Assembly (NCBI GenBank): GCA_020536535.1 | Contig: JAHLWZ010000505.1 | Span: forward strand, 62,001 to 126,000 | DNA: 64,000 nt | Direction of reading: 5' to 3' | Source of the DNA: Pelomyxa schiedti | Lineage: Eukaryota; Protista; Evosea | In this document: one piece after another, positions 36,401-53,412 of the stretch | Layout of the letters: each line of letters begins with the position of its first letter | Numbering within the stretch: position 1 is the stretch's first letter | Translations under genes and position numbers: made by a program | The notes under the pieces: model-generated | Seen by the model: only the letters and a program-made list of their open reading frames with translations | The model's database searches: none | What the model was told of the DNA's origin: nothing

Positions 36401-38964
36401 CCCGTCACCACCATCATTCTCACACACACAATCTATGTCACCACCTCAAACATCCTCGCCAACACATCAGTCGCATATTCTACGGCCTCACCCACTCTCC
36501 CCTCAGCCTCACTTTCCTCAATCCTCTCATATTCACCAACCACCTCGTCACCACACTTATGTACAAAATCCCCAGCACCAACCTAATCCTTATCTCCAGC
36601 CTCCCTTTCCCCCCCACCCCCACTTCCACCTTTCTCATCCACATCATGCGTTTCCTACCTCTCCACCACTAATAAGTCACACAACAACAAAACTGCAGCC
36701 TCATTTGAGTACTAGCTCTGATGACACACTGCTTCTTCATCCTCATTGCCACACACTGATACACCATCAACCTTCACAACAAATTCTGTTACCACCACAG
36801 GTAGCTCCTCTCCCCCAACACCAACCACAACAACAAATTACGTTACCGCATCAACCATCACCACCACTTCCCCCACAGCCACCCCCACCTCCAACCCCAC
36901 AGATGACTGTGAAGGTCACTACACAAACATCCCCACAGACACAATTATCTCCCACACAATCACTGTCGCCAGGGCTTTCTCAGCCACACCTCACACAGCA
37001 AGGAACATACCAACAATCACCACCACAAGTTGTGCATTTACAGCCTCATTCACCCTTGAACCTTCAGCCACAGGTAATGCAACAACAAATTGTACTACAC
37101 CCCGGTCAACAACCTCCTGCTCGCTCAACAACACCAACAACCCTCATTTCTCCAACCTCACCACACCCCTGTATGATGGTCCAACCTCCTCCAGCACCAC
37201 ACCTTCCCATTCCGCTTATCCCAATGTGTCATTCTCCTCTGAAAACCAAATCTATGCAAATGCACATCCCACCACAACAGCATTACCAATTGCAACAGCA
37301 GCAACTTCAACCAATTCAAATTCATCCCCACTCCCACAATGGACAGTTGGACAAATCACAACCAATGAAAAGGGGGCGAAGTCGGAGGTATGATGCTCCT
37401 CTCGCTTTTGCCGATCCTCAAGCCCAGGTTTGGCACATCTGTATTGAGTACCACTTAAGTCTTCCAGAGTAGAATTTTGGAACTCGAAAAACTACTGAAA
37501 GAAGAAAATGAGAAGCTTGTACAACGTTCCATATCCAGTGGTACACCGGTATTGGTGTTTCTCTTGCCTCTGCCTTTTCTTAACACGAGAAGATTCCCTT
37601 TGCCGATCCCAACGACTCTCCCACTTTATCTATGCTATCACGGGGCAGTCTTACACCCTCCAAACAAATGTCTCCAACTGGTTTGTAGTAGCACTTCCAG
37701 TAACAGCTGTTTAATTTGCATCTTTCAGCTTATTATATGTACCAAACATCACAAGAAGAACAGCTCAACGGTTTTCTTTCTCATCACAAAAATTACAAAT
37801 TGTGACTGATTATCTGTAAACCAAGACAAAAGACATTCGTATGAGGAGCCAGACTCAAAAAGGAGGCGAACTGCCTATGCCCCCATGACTGGTCCCTACT
37901 GGTTTCCATCTCCTCCATCCAGTGTTTGTTGTAAAAAGCTTTTTTCTTCCATAGCCCCCCAAGGAACTCTTTACCAGGAATGATTATGGAAGGCAGTACT
38001 TCTCCAATAATGAACGAATACGGAATCCCACCCAGAGCAATATCGGCGCCTCTACAGTGCTCGATTGGAAGAGGTATAACCCCTCCCCCCACTCAGGTTG
38101 AAAGACCATATTTGTAGTTGTCGTAGTTGTACTGGTTGGATTCAACGATACGAAAGACTTGTGTGACAAGGTTTCAGCCCTTGGCGGCAGACCTATGGTT
38201 TGCAATGAAGAAGCTTGCCCTCCACAGGCCACACATGTGGTATGCGAGTAAATTCCAAATTCTACTATTCAAAATAATTCTGTATGAAACAAAGGTTTCT
38301 CCCCAAGGACTAGTTTCCTTGGCCACTCTTGTGGCGAGAGTGAGTGGATGTTGGGTTGTAAACCAGTACTGGGTTTTGGATAGCTATAACCAGCAGCAAT
38401 GGGTTGATGAGACCAGGTTTCCATCTTTTATCAAACTGAGTGAATAACATATTGATGTTCCAGATACGGCGGACGGCCACCCAAAGGAAGGAGCCCTATA
38501 TGTGGGCAGAAGATATTCTTGACTTCAGAATTTTCTTCCGCAAAACCACAACAAGCACAGCAAGCACGGTACATCATCGAGGTAAATTCACGTCACTCCT
38601 CCGTCAACCCATTCAATCTTCACAGGCCGGACAAGGCATTTTGTGTGGCAGCCGGGAGGAAGCAAACATCGTACTAGGGCTCGAGGAGAGCCAAGGGGGA
38701 GTAGAATGTACAGATGCAGTACCAAGAGGGGTTGGAGGAGGTATAAGTGGAAGTGGAGGGGAATGCGGAGGATTCACAGATGGCGGTGGTGGAATGAGTA
38801 ATACAACAGCAATATGTAGCAACAGCAGCACCCCCTCTGGAAGTAGTAGTGAGAGTAATGGTTGTTGTAGTAGTGTTAGTGTTGGTAGTGGTGAGGAGAG
38901 GGCATCCACAACAGCAACTAAGTGTTTTTGTTGGGATGATTTTGTCAAAAAATTGATAGAGTAA
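33426..38964 (+). CDS. Large P/Q/S-rich protein with C-terminal tandem BRCT domains
   Basis: Long low-complexity exons; VGFNDTKDLCDKVSALGG..ATHV/V..GCWVVNQYWVLDS (BRCT1) and GQKIFL..AGQG..WDDFVKKL (BRCT2). Confidence 0.75.
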
Positions 38965-39042
38965 ATTCCGTTTTTTTCGAACTTTTTTAGCCACCCCAAT
39001 GGCTAGACATATTTGAAAAGGCCTTTGTACAAACTATGGCGT

Positions 39043-39892
<850 letters not shown>

Positions 39893-39953
39893 TTAAAAAA
39901 ACAAAACAAAAAAAGGCAAAAAAAAAAAAAAAAAAAAAAACAAACCCCCCCAC

Positions 39954-40053
39954 ANNNNNNNNNNNNNNNNNNNNNNNNNNNNNNNNNNNNNNNNNNNNNN
40001 NNNNNNNNNNNNNNNNNNNNNNNNNNNNNNNNNNNNNNNNNNNNNNNNNNNNN
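39954..40053. other. Scaffold gap (100 N) next to a poly-A tract
   Basis: Run of 100 n. Confidence 0.99.
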
Positions 40054-41402
40054 NTGATTGCGTCGATGGTGAATGACACATGAATCACCATGACAACGAA
40101 GCCAGACAATGCCTCCAACACGAATATCTTGTTGTTCCCCCTCACTGCAAACAAGAACCCCCTTGTGCCACCAACGACCTGCCGGAAGTGGTCTTCATGG
40201 TTGATACACCTCAGTGGCTGTGCTGTGTTGTTGACATCCCACAGTTCGTAGGACTGCTCGAAGCCAAACCCAAGGCAGAACAGGGATTCACCCACCTGTG
40301 ACATGTCGGTGCAGTACTGCAACGTTGCTAGCTTAGTACTTGTACCAGTGAGTGATTCCACTGTGTAGATAGTAGCATGGAAAGTGTAACAAATGAACAC
40401 CACCTGGCCAGTTTTCTTCCTCATGATGAGTGCTTTAATTTGTGGCTCCCAGTCCGTGGAGCATGTTGTTGTGCTCAACACTGCCAGCTTCCCGGTTCTG
40501 TGTGTCTGTTCCAGGTCAATAAGTGTGAACACATGCGAACCGTCGTAATTAATCAGCAAAGCCTCACTGGGGTTCACCTTGTTGAGTTGCACAATAATAC
40601 CAATGGCGCACAGCTCCATATCGTCAACGTTGACAGCTGTAGGAACAATGGTCGCGGCAGTTGTGTCATCTTCCTCTATTTTTGTACTTTTGCGTGGGCT
40701 TCCTTCCTGATCGTGCTGAGGAAGCTTATATATGAGCAAGGGAAAACTAGTCGTGTTCGAGTCAACAACCCACCTGCCGTTTGTTTCCCAGGAGGACCGT
40801 GTGTCGACATGAATCCCTATGTCGTCCAATTCTGCTGTAGCAGAGGAGGATTGAGATTCCCAAGGAGCAACAACATCCACACCAACGCAACCATGTGTGT
40901 TGTTGATGTCGTTTGTGTTGTGAACTCTGATCCTCGGTGATAATGATGATGGGTTGACACGGCTCAGATAAACACTGGGCCCAATCCACCTTTCTTCGCC
41001 AGACATACCCTGGAACTGCCAGATGTCCCTGCCACGGCGATCGCCGCTGTCGCACCCGCCGCTCCCATAATGATGGCTGCTGGTGGTGCACACTCCCAGC
41101 GTCGAGGCGGACACGGACAGCGACGCCACGAGGCTGCTCGGACGCGCGCCCCCGAGGCGGGCGCGGCGATCGGGCCCCGCGACCACGACCAAGGGCACGG
41201 CGGCGGCGGGCCCCACCACGAAGTCGCGCCACAGCAGGAGCAAGAGCGGCGGGGTGGCGGCGATGAGGCGCGGGGGGCTGGCGGCGCCGCAGCGGGGGTG
41301 GGTGCACAGCACGAACGACGCGAACTGGTCCCGGCAGTTGCCCGCTGTGGCCAACGCGCTCTTTATTCCGATTTCGGTAGCTGGACGTGGTAGAGACAAC
41401 AT
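40054..41402 (-). CDS. Intronless lineage-specific family protein, paralogue 1 (3' end lost in gap)
   Basis: Open frame of about 450 aa; RDQFASFVLCTHPRCGAASPPRL motif; collinear with 41639-42980. Confidence 0.75.
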
Positions 41403-41638
41403 CTGTGCAGACGTGGTTATGGGAGTGCGGTACACAAAGCGGTTTTTGTTGGACAAATACTTTCCTCCCGGTCTAAAACCAACTTAACAACTGGACTGAA
41501 AAAGTTGATCAAGGTGGCGAGTTCTAAGTTGTAACAGAGTGAGTGAATCCCTGTTCTGCCTTGCTCCAGACACAAGCTTTTCTTTTTGGTATAGATGCAT
41601 TGGGGGATGACTGGAAACCCACCACTTTTTTTTTTTTT

Positions 41639-42980
41639 TCACAAAAAGGACCCTTCTGTGCAGATCCTGTCGACTGTGAAGGACACATCAAGTGTGAGCA
41701 CCACCAAGCTAGACAATGCTTCCAACATGAATATCTTGTTGTCTCTCACAGCAAACAAGAACCCCCTTCCACCAACAACCTGCTCAAAGTGATCATCAGG
41801 GTTAATAAGCCTCACAGGCTGTGCTGTGTTGTTGATATCCCATAGTTCATAGGACTGTTTCTCTATGAAACCAGCACAGAACAGGGATGCACTCACCTGT
41901 GCCATGTCGCTGCACTCTGTTGAAAGCTGGGTCCTTTTCCCAGTGATTGATTCCACCATGTAGACAACATCCCGGATGTTGAGGCAAATGAACACCATCT
42001 GGCCAGTTCTCTTCCTCATGATGAGTGTTCGAATGTAGGCCTCCTCCCAGGGAGTGGGGCACTTTGTTGTGCTCAACACTGCCAGCTGCCCGGATCTGTA
42101 TGTCTGTTCCAGGTCAACAAGTGTGAACATTGATTGTCTGAGAATCCTTGGATAACTCACAAGCAAAGCCTCACCAGGGTCTGCCTTGTTGACCTCCACA
42201 ATAATACCAATGGCACTCAGAGGAATATCTTCCACTGGAACAACAACTGTAGGAATAATTGGCACTGGAACTTCATTTCCATGTGTAGGGATAGCAACAT
42301 CGTCACGCGGAATCTTGGTTAGGAGCAACTCATAGCAAGTGGAAGAGTCGGCACGACATGCGTGGTAGTCAACAGCCCACCCACAATAGATTCCCCAGAA
42401 CCACGCCAAGTCAGAATTTGCTTCAAATCTGCCCCGCATGTATGTACTCGTTTTGGTTGTAGAACCAGATTCCTGGGTAGAACCACAACAACAACAATCC
42501 TGAATGCTGTGCACTGCAATGATCACTGAAGATGCTGCATCGCCACTCATTGGTGACGTTTCGTCCCGCTTCAAATAGACACTTGGCCCAACCCACCTTT
42601 CGTTGCCTGGGGACTCCTGGGCCCGATACAGCGCAGTACCCCGGCTCCCACTCCCACAATAGCCCCCAACACCAGGCAACATCCCGTTATTGTGGTTTCC
42701 GAGCACTCCCAGGGTGGACGCAGACCGCAAGGCTCCCGGGACTCACACCCCTGGGCACTGCAACCACGACGAAGGGCACGGCGGCGGCGGGCCCCACCAC
42801 GAAGTCGCGCCACAACATGAGCAAGAGCGGCGGGGTGGCGGCGATGAGGCGCGGGGGGCTGGCGGCGCCGCAGCGGGGGTGGGTGCACAGCACGAACGAC
42901 GCGAACTGGTCCCTGCACGTCCCTGATCTGGCCCACGCGCCATTGACCCCGATTGCGGCGGCTGCACGGTGCCGATACAT
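41639..42980 (-). pseudogene. Paralogue 2 of the same family, frameshifted near 42730 (pseudogene or sequence error)
   Basis: ORF 42687-42980 carries the conserved N-terminal motif, but the homologous continuation SASTLGV.. is in another frame (ORF 41639-42730). Confidence 0.65.
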
Positions 42981-43419
42981 TCACCTTTCAACTTTTTTCT
43001 TCGAATGCGCAATGTTTGGTTGCTGCCACGGCACCATCCAATATCAGGCCCTCCACTCCCTCTGAGGATGTTTCCACCAGGGGGACCTCTTCCCCCTCCC
43101 CATCCCATACATGTTTGGCATCAAAGGGGCAGAAAAGGTCCCTGTGTGAAGGGAAACTTCTGAAATGTCTGGATCACACACGTCTTTCCAGCATCACAGG
43201 GCAAGATCCAAAGACCCAAAATATTAAAAGTGTGAGTCCCAATGTTTCATCAGTGACAGGATGGAAGAAACATGTTGAGCAACATCAGCTGTAGCTACAG
43301 ATAAGATTGGGGGTTTCAGTGAAAAGAACGGTCAAGGACTAAACAACCGGACATGCCAAAAATGGACGTCTTCACGTGCATTAGTTCGTTGTCACCAAAC
43401 CGATTTGAAAACCACGCTA

Positions 43420-44688
43420 ATGACGACCACAACCACCACCGTTGCACCAAGCCGTGCGCACGGCGCCGTGTTCAGCCAAGTCGACATCAACATCGACGCG
43501 AGGCAGCAATTTGTAAGTGGCATTGGAGTCGGATGCATCGTCGGCCGGTGCGGCTCCCGCAGCCCAGCCTCGCTGCTCACCCCCTCGCTGTTGTCTCATC
43601 TCGGCAGAACCTGGGTCGTTGGCTCCAACTCATCATCATCATCGTCGCAAAGGCACTTCGTCGTTGTTCTCACCAAGACAAGTTCTCCGGCGCAGCCGGC
43701 GTCGACCACACCGAAGCACCTGCTCGCGCACGTCGGGTTCAGTGTGTCACTGACGGGGGGGCTGGTGAGTGGCCCGAGGCTGTTGTTTGAGGACGATTCC
43801 GTCGAGAGCTGCAGGATTGTCAGCGGGTGGATTGGAACTCACGTGCACGGCCTGAGGTTCGCGGTAACTTGGCGCTACAAGCTCAGTTTCATGCACGACG
43901 AGAGGCTTCCGTCGGTGACTGACACTGTCACTGGAAGAAACATCGCCAGAATGAGGGGGACCCTGTCTGGAATGATGCTGCGGCAGGAATACGTCAACCA
44001 CAAGTGGGTGGTTGTGTTCAACCAGTGCAATGGAAGTATGTCACTCTGGAAAGCCCTCGACCTGTTGAAGAATTACTCGGTATCTGCCTTACCTACACCA
44101 GAAGAATTCCCACCATTGGTTGAGACTGCTCCATCAATGGAGTTGGCGATGCCCACTCGAGTGCATATTCTTGGTGACGATTACTTGGTTTGTATCGTGG
44201 GGAAGAAGGTTCACGTTGTTGACCTGGCTGCAACATGTGATTCTGGTGGAAAGCTGGCATGCACCACTGTTGAGTTTGATGTGGTCCCAACTGTGTGCAT
44301 GTGGTTTGGTGGAAGGCTCTATGTTGCTGGTGAAAGAGAAGATTCCTGTAACAACTGGGCAATTTGCTTCCACACTGGCGAGAAGTTTATACTCCCGGAC
44401 CACATTAGGTACATGTCACACGTTGGTGGCCCCTTTTACTTGGTTTTGAACACCGAGTGGCAGCAGAAGGTTTATGATATTCGTGATGGGCCAAACACAA
44501 GCAAACCCATCTGTGAACTGGCACCACTTGGTCAATACTGCACAGCAGTGTTTGGGCGTGGGCTCAGGGTCATTGATGAGCAAATCACTACCACTGGGCA
44601 CAACATTAAGGTGGTTGACGTATTGTCCAATTTCACCATCTTTTCCATGTCCACATCACTGTACACTCTCCAAACACTGCACACTTAG
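43420..44688 (+). CDS. Intronless hypothetical protein, distant member of the same family
   Basis: ARQQFV..GRCGSRSPASLL..LGRTWVVG resembles RDQF..RCGAASPPRL..LWRDFVVG; VVDLAAT..GKLA and C-terminal VVDVLSNFTI echo paralogues 1 and 2. Confidence 0.7.
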   Translation: MTTTTTTVAPSRAHGAVFSQVDINIDARQQFVSGIGVGCIVGRCGSRSPASLLTPSLLSHLGRTWVVGSNSSSSSSQRHFVVVLTKTSSPAQPASTTPKHLLAHVGFSVSLTGGLVSGPRLLFEDDSVESCRIVSGWIGTHVHGLRFAVTWRYKLSFMHDERLPSVTDTVTGRNIARMRGTLSGMMLRQEYVNHKWVVVFNQCNGSMSLWKALDLLKNYSVSALPTPEEFPPLVETAPSMELAMPTRVHILGDDYLVCIVGKKVHVVDLAATCDSGGKLACTTVEFDVVPTVCMWFGGRLYVAGEREDSCNNWAICFHTGEKFILPDHIRYMSHVGGPFYLVLNTEWQQKVYDIRDGPNTSKPICELAPLGQYCTAVFGRGLRVIDEQITTTGHNIKVVDVLSNFTIFSMSTSLYTLQTLHT

Positions 44689-44935
44689 CCTCAAAGGATA
44701 CATTCAAAAAAGAACTTCTTCCACGAAAATTACAGTGGGGCACAACCCATCAATCAATCCGTCCACTGCTTCGTCAAACGACGAGGACACATCGTCAAGG
44801 TGATTGATGCCGCTTCCATATACCCATTTTCTCCATGTCGACCAGTGCACTGTGAGGTTTTCAGCACTGTGGGTGGTAGGAACAAAAATTAGCTTCAATG
44901 AATCAAAAATACAAACAACAGCCAACGTGGGACCA

Positions 44936-46722
44936 ATGAAACGACACGCGACGCGAGGGGGAAGTGCTGCAAACATCAACAAAGCGGCCGAGACACCCCA
45001 CCACAAGGCTAGTGAGAGCCAGGAGAGCCCGCCCAGGGCGGAGGGGGCAGCCTCCCCCCACACCCCTCGCCCATGGTGCTGCTGCTGCTGCGGAAAAGGA
45101 CTGGTGGGCCGTTGCTGCCGCTGGGGCTGCGCCGCGGCGGGCATCGGGGTGCTGGTGTTGATCGGGGCAGCTGTGGTTGCTGCGGTCGGGGAGAGCGAGG
45201 GGCGGCACGGGCTGCAGGGGGTGGGGGGGGCCGGCGGCGCGGCTGCGGCCGCTGGGGGCGTAAGTGTGCCGGTGCTGGCCAAGGTGCTAGACTGTTTGCT
45301 GAGAGTGGCGTGGTTCGCGATGCGGCACCACGACACCGTCAGCGTCGTGGACTTCGTGGAGTGCGCCCCCACACCTATTTGTTTTTATCTATTTTTGTTG
45401 TTGTGTTGTGGTAATGGTACATAATATTTGGTGATGATTCTCGATATTGCGGAGTGTGTGTGTTTTTTTTTTTTTGTTGAAGATAAAAGCACTGAATTAT
45501 AGAAAATCTGAAAAAATAGCCACTTACTTTTTGTCCCTCTGTGTTTTACTCTTATTCTCTGTTGGTTGCAGCATGGTGGGTGCAGGAACACCTCATATGT
45601 TTCCAGATAAAGTGGAGATAGTAGATATTCCTGCACAGGAGGATTATACTGTACCGGCTATGCGTGTTTTTGCTCCCAAGGGGACCCCTCGTGTGTCCCT
45701 GCTTTTACCTGCATTCTCCTTAATATCCGAAAAGCTTCTGCTGGTTTCCCTACGGTAGTTTATATTCATGGTGGCGGCTTTGTGCTAGGTTCTGCTTTTG
45801 CTGCTGATAGCTCTGGTTTTGCCGAGGCCGTTTCATCCCATGGCTTTGTGGTAAACTCTTTCTTCTCCCAAAGTTATTATTGAGGCAACTGTTCTTACAT
45901 TACCTTTGAGTCTACATCTCAAACAATTAACATCGTCAACCCCAAGGTTATATCTGTAGAATACCGAAAAGCACCACGATTTAAATTCCCAACCGCCGCA
46001 TATGATGCTGACCATGCCATCTTGTGGTTGAAGTCCCTTAGAGAAGACCGCCCTGCGATCCTCTCTGGAGCTGACCTTTCCAGAGTAGCTGTAATGGGAG
46101 ACAGCGCTGGTATGCCCATATAACGTATCTTAATCTATCCTATCTTTTGAAACGCTATCCAGGTGCGTTGCTCTCAACAGTTTCCGCTATGGTTGACCGT
46201 GACAGAGTTTTATCCAAAGAGCAAGAGAAACCTTATATTACCTTCCAAGTTCTGGCCTATGTTGGGTTCCCTGGCTGGGATTGCAATATGGACTACTACA
46301 ATGGCTATCTCTTATCATATCCCCTTCTGCGCTGGTTCTGTGAGGTAGTCATCCATTCTCCATCCAATGTAACCCCAAAACAAGTCATACGAGAGGACGC
46401 TCGCTGATGAAACAGATCCGTTAATGAATCCAACCTACTCCCCTAACGGGTTGCGGTACATGCCCCCCGCATTCCTATTAATAAGCGAGGTACCCTCCAA
46501 GCCTAATTGCACTTTACGCAACTAATTCCTGCACAAATACAGTACGATCTCTTTGGTATACAAGGCCACAAGTATTCATCAATGCTCAGTGCTGCCGGAG
46601 TTCCTGTATCTCATAAAGATTACCCTGCCATTCACGGATTTCTTGCATTCCCCTATGGCAATGTCACATACACTGCTATTCAGGACATTGCTCAACAGCT
46701 CACTACCCGCTTTGCAGTTTAA
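44936..46722 (+). CDS. HSL/GDXG-family alpha/beta hydrolase (esterase/lipase) with Cys-rich N-terminus and TM anchor
   Basis: Exon 1 (MKRHATR..CCCCC..IGVLVLIGAAVVAAV..) splices in phase to the exon at 45572; VVYIHGGGFVLG, VEYRKAP..FP..YDD, VMGDSAG, IHGF. Confidence 0.85.
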
Positions 46723-46815
46723 CAACAACGAGACTACGTTAGTACCCATTCACCAACACCCAGTGACAAAATGAAAGTTTTTCTCCTTTCAAATGGAGGA
46801 GTGTTTTTTATGTTA

Positions 46816-49303
<2,488 letters not shown>

Positions 49304-50126
49304 TTCAACTGTGGTTTGGTGTCTTTGCTTCTCACTTTTTCTCCTGCTTGGTTATTTGTGTTTTTATCCATGCTTACTGGTTTCTTTCCAGTTCAAAGCA
49401 CTTCATGTCTCTGAGATTCACAGTTTTCGGTTCCCAAAAAACCCACTGGGAGACTCTTATTTCACAAGTCACTTTTCACATTGATTTCTCTGACTCACTG
49501 ATATCACTGGCACTAAAAGCAGTGGAGGTTACAACAATGGGAGCAGCAGTCGCAGTGCCATCTGCAACACTTGCCATTGCACTCACATCATCAGCAGATG
49601 TGGTCATGGCCAGAGAAAGGACCATGGTGGGTGCATGGAAATAAAGCCAAATGACAACAGCACAGAAACAGTGTGACAAATCACAGAATCTATAGGGCAT
49701 CAAAACAAGTGGAACGAGACCTGTGGCACACAACAACCTTCTTGCTGAACAAAAAGCTTACTCATGACTTTCTGCTGGACTTTCAAAGTACTGGCTTTGA
49801 GCAGTGGAGGTTGTTGTGTGCCACAGGTCTGGGGAAGCAAGCTTCAGGGAAAGCAACACCAGATATTACTGAGGTTATCCAAAGTGGACTTCTACACAGC
49901 CAGACAGACTCCAAATTCAGCAATTTGTCTGTCTGCCTTCGTCGAAGTCCACTTTGGATAACCCTCCACCTGGTGGTGCTTTCCATGAAGCCGGCTTCCC
50001 TCGGTCTCAGAACATCCTAGCTCCTGGCGTAAAAAAACCCACCGCCGCCCCCGGAGCAGGAATAATGGGAAAAGGCTAAAAATAGAACAACGGAATTTAG
50101 TTCGGTACTTTACAGTTATTGTGTTT

Positions 50127-53100
50127 TTACCAGTGTTGGTACTGTTGTGGGGGGTTGGGTGGCGTACTTGTGGTTGGTGTGTAAGTGACTGGTTGTGGTG
50201 GCGTGGGGTCGTAGTTGCTTTGTGGCACATTTCTGGACAACACGTAGGCAGTGGGACCAGAAAATGCAGGAGGGTAGTTGGCACCCAGTTGTGGTTGTGA
50301 TTGTGGTGGGTACTGGTGGAAATGCATGGTCTCATATGGCATGCTGGGTGTGTTGTATTGCGGCTGGTAAGGGAACACGTTGTATTGGGAACCGTAATAG
50401 GGTTGCTGCTGTTGTTGTGGATAAGGAGGATGTGGCCGATATGTCTGGTTCGGAATCCCTTGTGTGGGGTACTGTGCAGGGGGAGGTTGTGGTACGACCA
50501 CTTGCTGATCCTGTGATACTTTGGTTATGGGGAACGAGTGCTGCTGGTGAAGTGCTTGGGGGTGCTGTTGTTGGTGCACAATGGGTTGCTGTGAGTTTTG
50601 TATAGGAAGTGAAGGTTGAGTGTGTGAATAGGGCTGTGGGGGGGGGAACTGCCCAGTAAAAAATGGGTTTTCAGGTGGAGATACGCCTTGAACATGTGGC
50701 ATCTGTGGTTGTATGGGATTTGCCTGCAATTGTAGTTGTGGTGGCTGCTGCAGTGGCAACCGGGTTTGTGATTGTACTGGGGGTTGAGCTTGATTCGTCT
50801 GGTGTGAGGTGGTTGTTTGCTGCGGTTGATGCAGTGGAGGTGGTTGTGGTTGTGACTGTGGTGGCTGTGGTGGTTGTGGCAGGGGTTGCAGTAGAGGTTG
50901 CGGTGGGGACGGGATTGGTGACGGACGTTGTGGTGGATAGGACTGTGGTCTTTGTGGCTGTATTGGCAGTTGCGGTTGTGTGCCTTGTTGAGGTTGAGCT
51001 TGCGATTGGGGTGGAGGCTGAAGATGTGGCTGTGGTTTTAACTGAGGTTGTTGAGGCGCCATTTGTGTTTGAGAGGGATACTTTCCTTGGAGTGCTGTGG
51101 TGACTTGTTTTGCTGGGTCAGGATGCAACACAGGGTAAAGAGGGGGGTTTGTGTTGGATGGATAAGGCGCTAGTGGGGCGGTGCACTTTGGGGGTGGTGG
51201 AGTCAGTGGCCTCTGCACTGGCAATTGCTGTGACGGCTAGAGGATGCGTGGTGTATTAGCAAAAATTCAAAAGAGCGGTTTCGTACTTGCTTAAAAGGTG
51301 CTGCTGGTACAGGAGGAGGTGCATTGACAAAAATTTCATTCGTTACAAATGCAATTGGTTCCTCTTCTTTCAGCAATCAGTATAATCATTCTCGTTGTAA
51401 GAAACAGGCAAACCTTGTTCAATGGTATATTTCTCTGGCATCCTCAACACAGTTCCCAGTTCAGGATATAAGAGCGGCTGGACAGGTTTCACTGGCGAAA
51501 CCACAGGCGTTTTCTTTGGTGGAGTTGGAGGCGCAGGTGCTTGCACAGGAAGAGCCACAATAGCGACTGGTTCTACGGGTGTTACAGGCAAGGGTGCACT
51601 TGGTGGAAGGGGCGCAGATGTGGCCGGATACAGCTGTTCAGGTTGAGAATACATATCTGATTTTATTTCAGGGAGAAAAAGCGGTTGCAGGAAAATGCCT
51701 TTTTTTCCTGCCTCCAAACAAGTTATCACTCCTTCACTTTTGGAAGTTGGGGGAAGTGCTTTGGGCAGGCCAGAAGTTTGAGTAGGCTGAATAACTCGTG
51801 TGTTTTTTTCGAGAATGGAGGCAATCCCTGAAAGCAAACATAAATTATTAATTTACACTTCAACCAACCTTGCAAAATCGACGGATCCGTGACCTTGCAG
51901 AGCTGAAGTTACTTAATGCATAAATGATGGGAATACCAACCGACGGCAGTTCCAGTTTCTGAACTGTTGAATTTATCTTTAAAGCCTCTTGGATCTTCAC
52001 AGCACTGGAATCACTGAGAGAATTACTTCCCAGCTAATCAAAATTGAGGAGCTTAGATTTAAAGCATAATGCACACCCTTAAGCATGTCAGGGTGCAATT
52101 GTGGAGGAGGAGCTCTGAGAGTAAAATTGCGCAACCATCAGTTGTATTATTATGGGATCTGCCAATAATTAACCGCAACAGAATGTGGATAAAATGAACG
52201 TACAGAGTAAGGCTATATGAGTTGCATTAGAAGCAAATTAGTTTGAGAAATCAGTACCTTCTTAGACGTGTGTTTGGTTGAAGTGAAATTAGAATATGGC
52301 CGGCACCTTCATCACCAAGATTGTTTCCTCCAAGATTCAGATACTCCAAGGAACAGTTACAGATAAGGGCTGATGCCAGTGCCTTGGCTCCTCTTTTCGC
52401 ATTTAGAGTGCATTAAAGGTATAATTACTGTTCTCACTGAGTGGCCAACGAGTTGCCAGAAATATCTAAGTACGTAAGTGGCACATTCCCTTTTAGGCAT
52501 TCACATAACGTCCCAATCCCACTGGATGAGATTTTGTTATGTGAGATATTCAGTACTTGAAGGTTACAGTTCTACAAGTTGTATTAGAAATTGGGAATTT
52601 TTTCAAGCAATTGACCTTTAAGGCCTGGAATAAACATTCAGCCCCAGAGTCAGTAATAAAGTTTCCTTGAAGGTACAGCTTTCTCAGAGTCTTATTCATT
52701 CTTAAAGCGTTTGAAATGGCCTTCACTCCAGAATCTCTATACAGACTGAGAAATCAATTTATGAATAACTGATACCTGATTGAATTGTTGTTAATGCATA
52801 AATGTGTTAGTGACCCTTCCATGGCTAGAATACGGGCTATGTGCTGGGCACCATCTTCCCCAATGGAGTTGGCAACCAAACTGCCACTACTTTGACCTAA
52901 TCTTGAGGAATCAAGAACTAGTTTGCCAAAGGGAGGCCCTCCGAGAGGAGAGAAAAAGGAAAGTGCGATGTTACCTGTTATACGCCAAATCCAAGATTGT
53001 TAAGTGACTGAACGCCTTGCTCGTTTGCCACGCTGAAGCCAGGTATTCACACCCCAGTGGACCGAGTTGGTTATCCCCCAAATATAACTCTCGAGGAATA

Positions 53101-53412
53101 TCCTTTTTAACAGCTCCCAACAAGGATCTGTTACTAGCACTAGACGTGATGCTACTGTAGCGACTAGCCACAGCTTCACATATTACCTAAGAAACAAAAA
53201 AAAGTGTAACCCAAGTTCTTAAAAATATGCCAAAAACAACATGGATTGCATACAGGGATTCCGGCGTCCTTCGCAAAACTAGCGGCAAGATCCCACACGC
53301 CCTCTCTCCACCGGAACGCATACTCAGAGAAGATCTCGAGTCTGCACGCCAAACTCTTGTTGCTACTGCCGCTAGCACCCCCTCCCGTAACAACGACACC
53401 GCTGCTGTTCAT
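50127..53412 (-). CDS. RI-like (NLRC3-type) leucine-rich-repeat protein with P/Q-rich C-terminus
   Basis: RELYLGDNQLGPLGCEYLA, LDLAYNR, LYLQGNFITDSGAE, LNISHNKISSSG, LNLGGNNLGDEGA; many short introns. Confidence 0.85.

Noticed and set aside
44704-45372. 222-aa minus-strand ORF
   Set aside because: No ATG start; antisense shadow of the GC-rich first exon of the esterase, which splices in phase on the plus strand.
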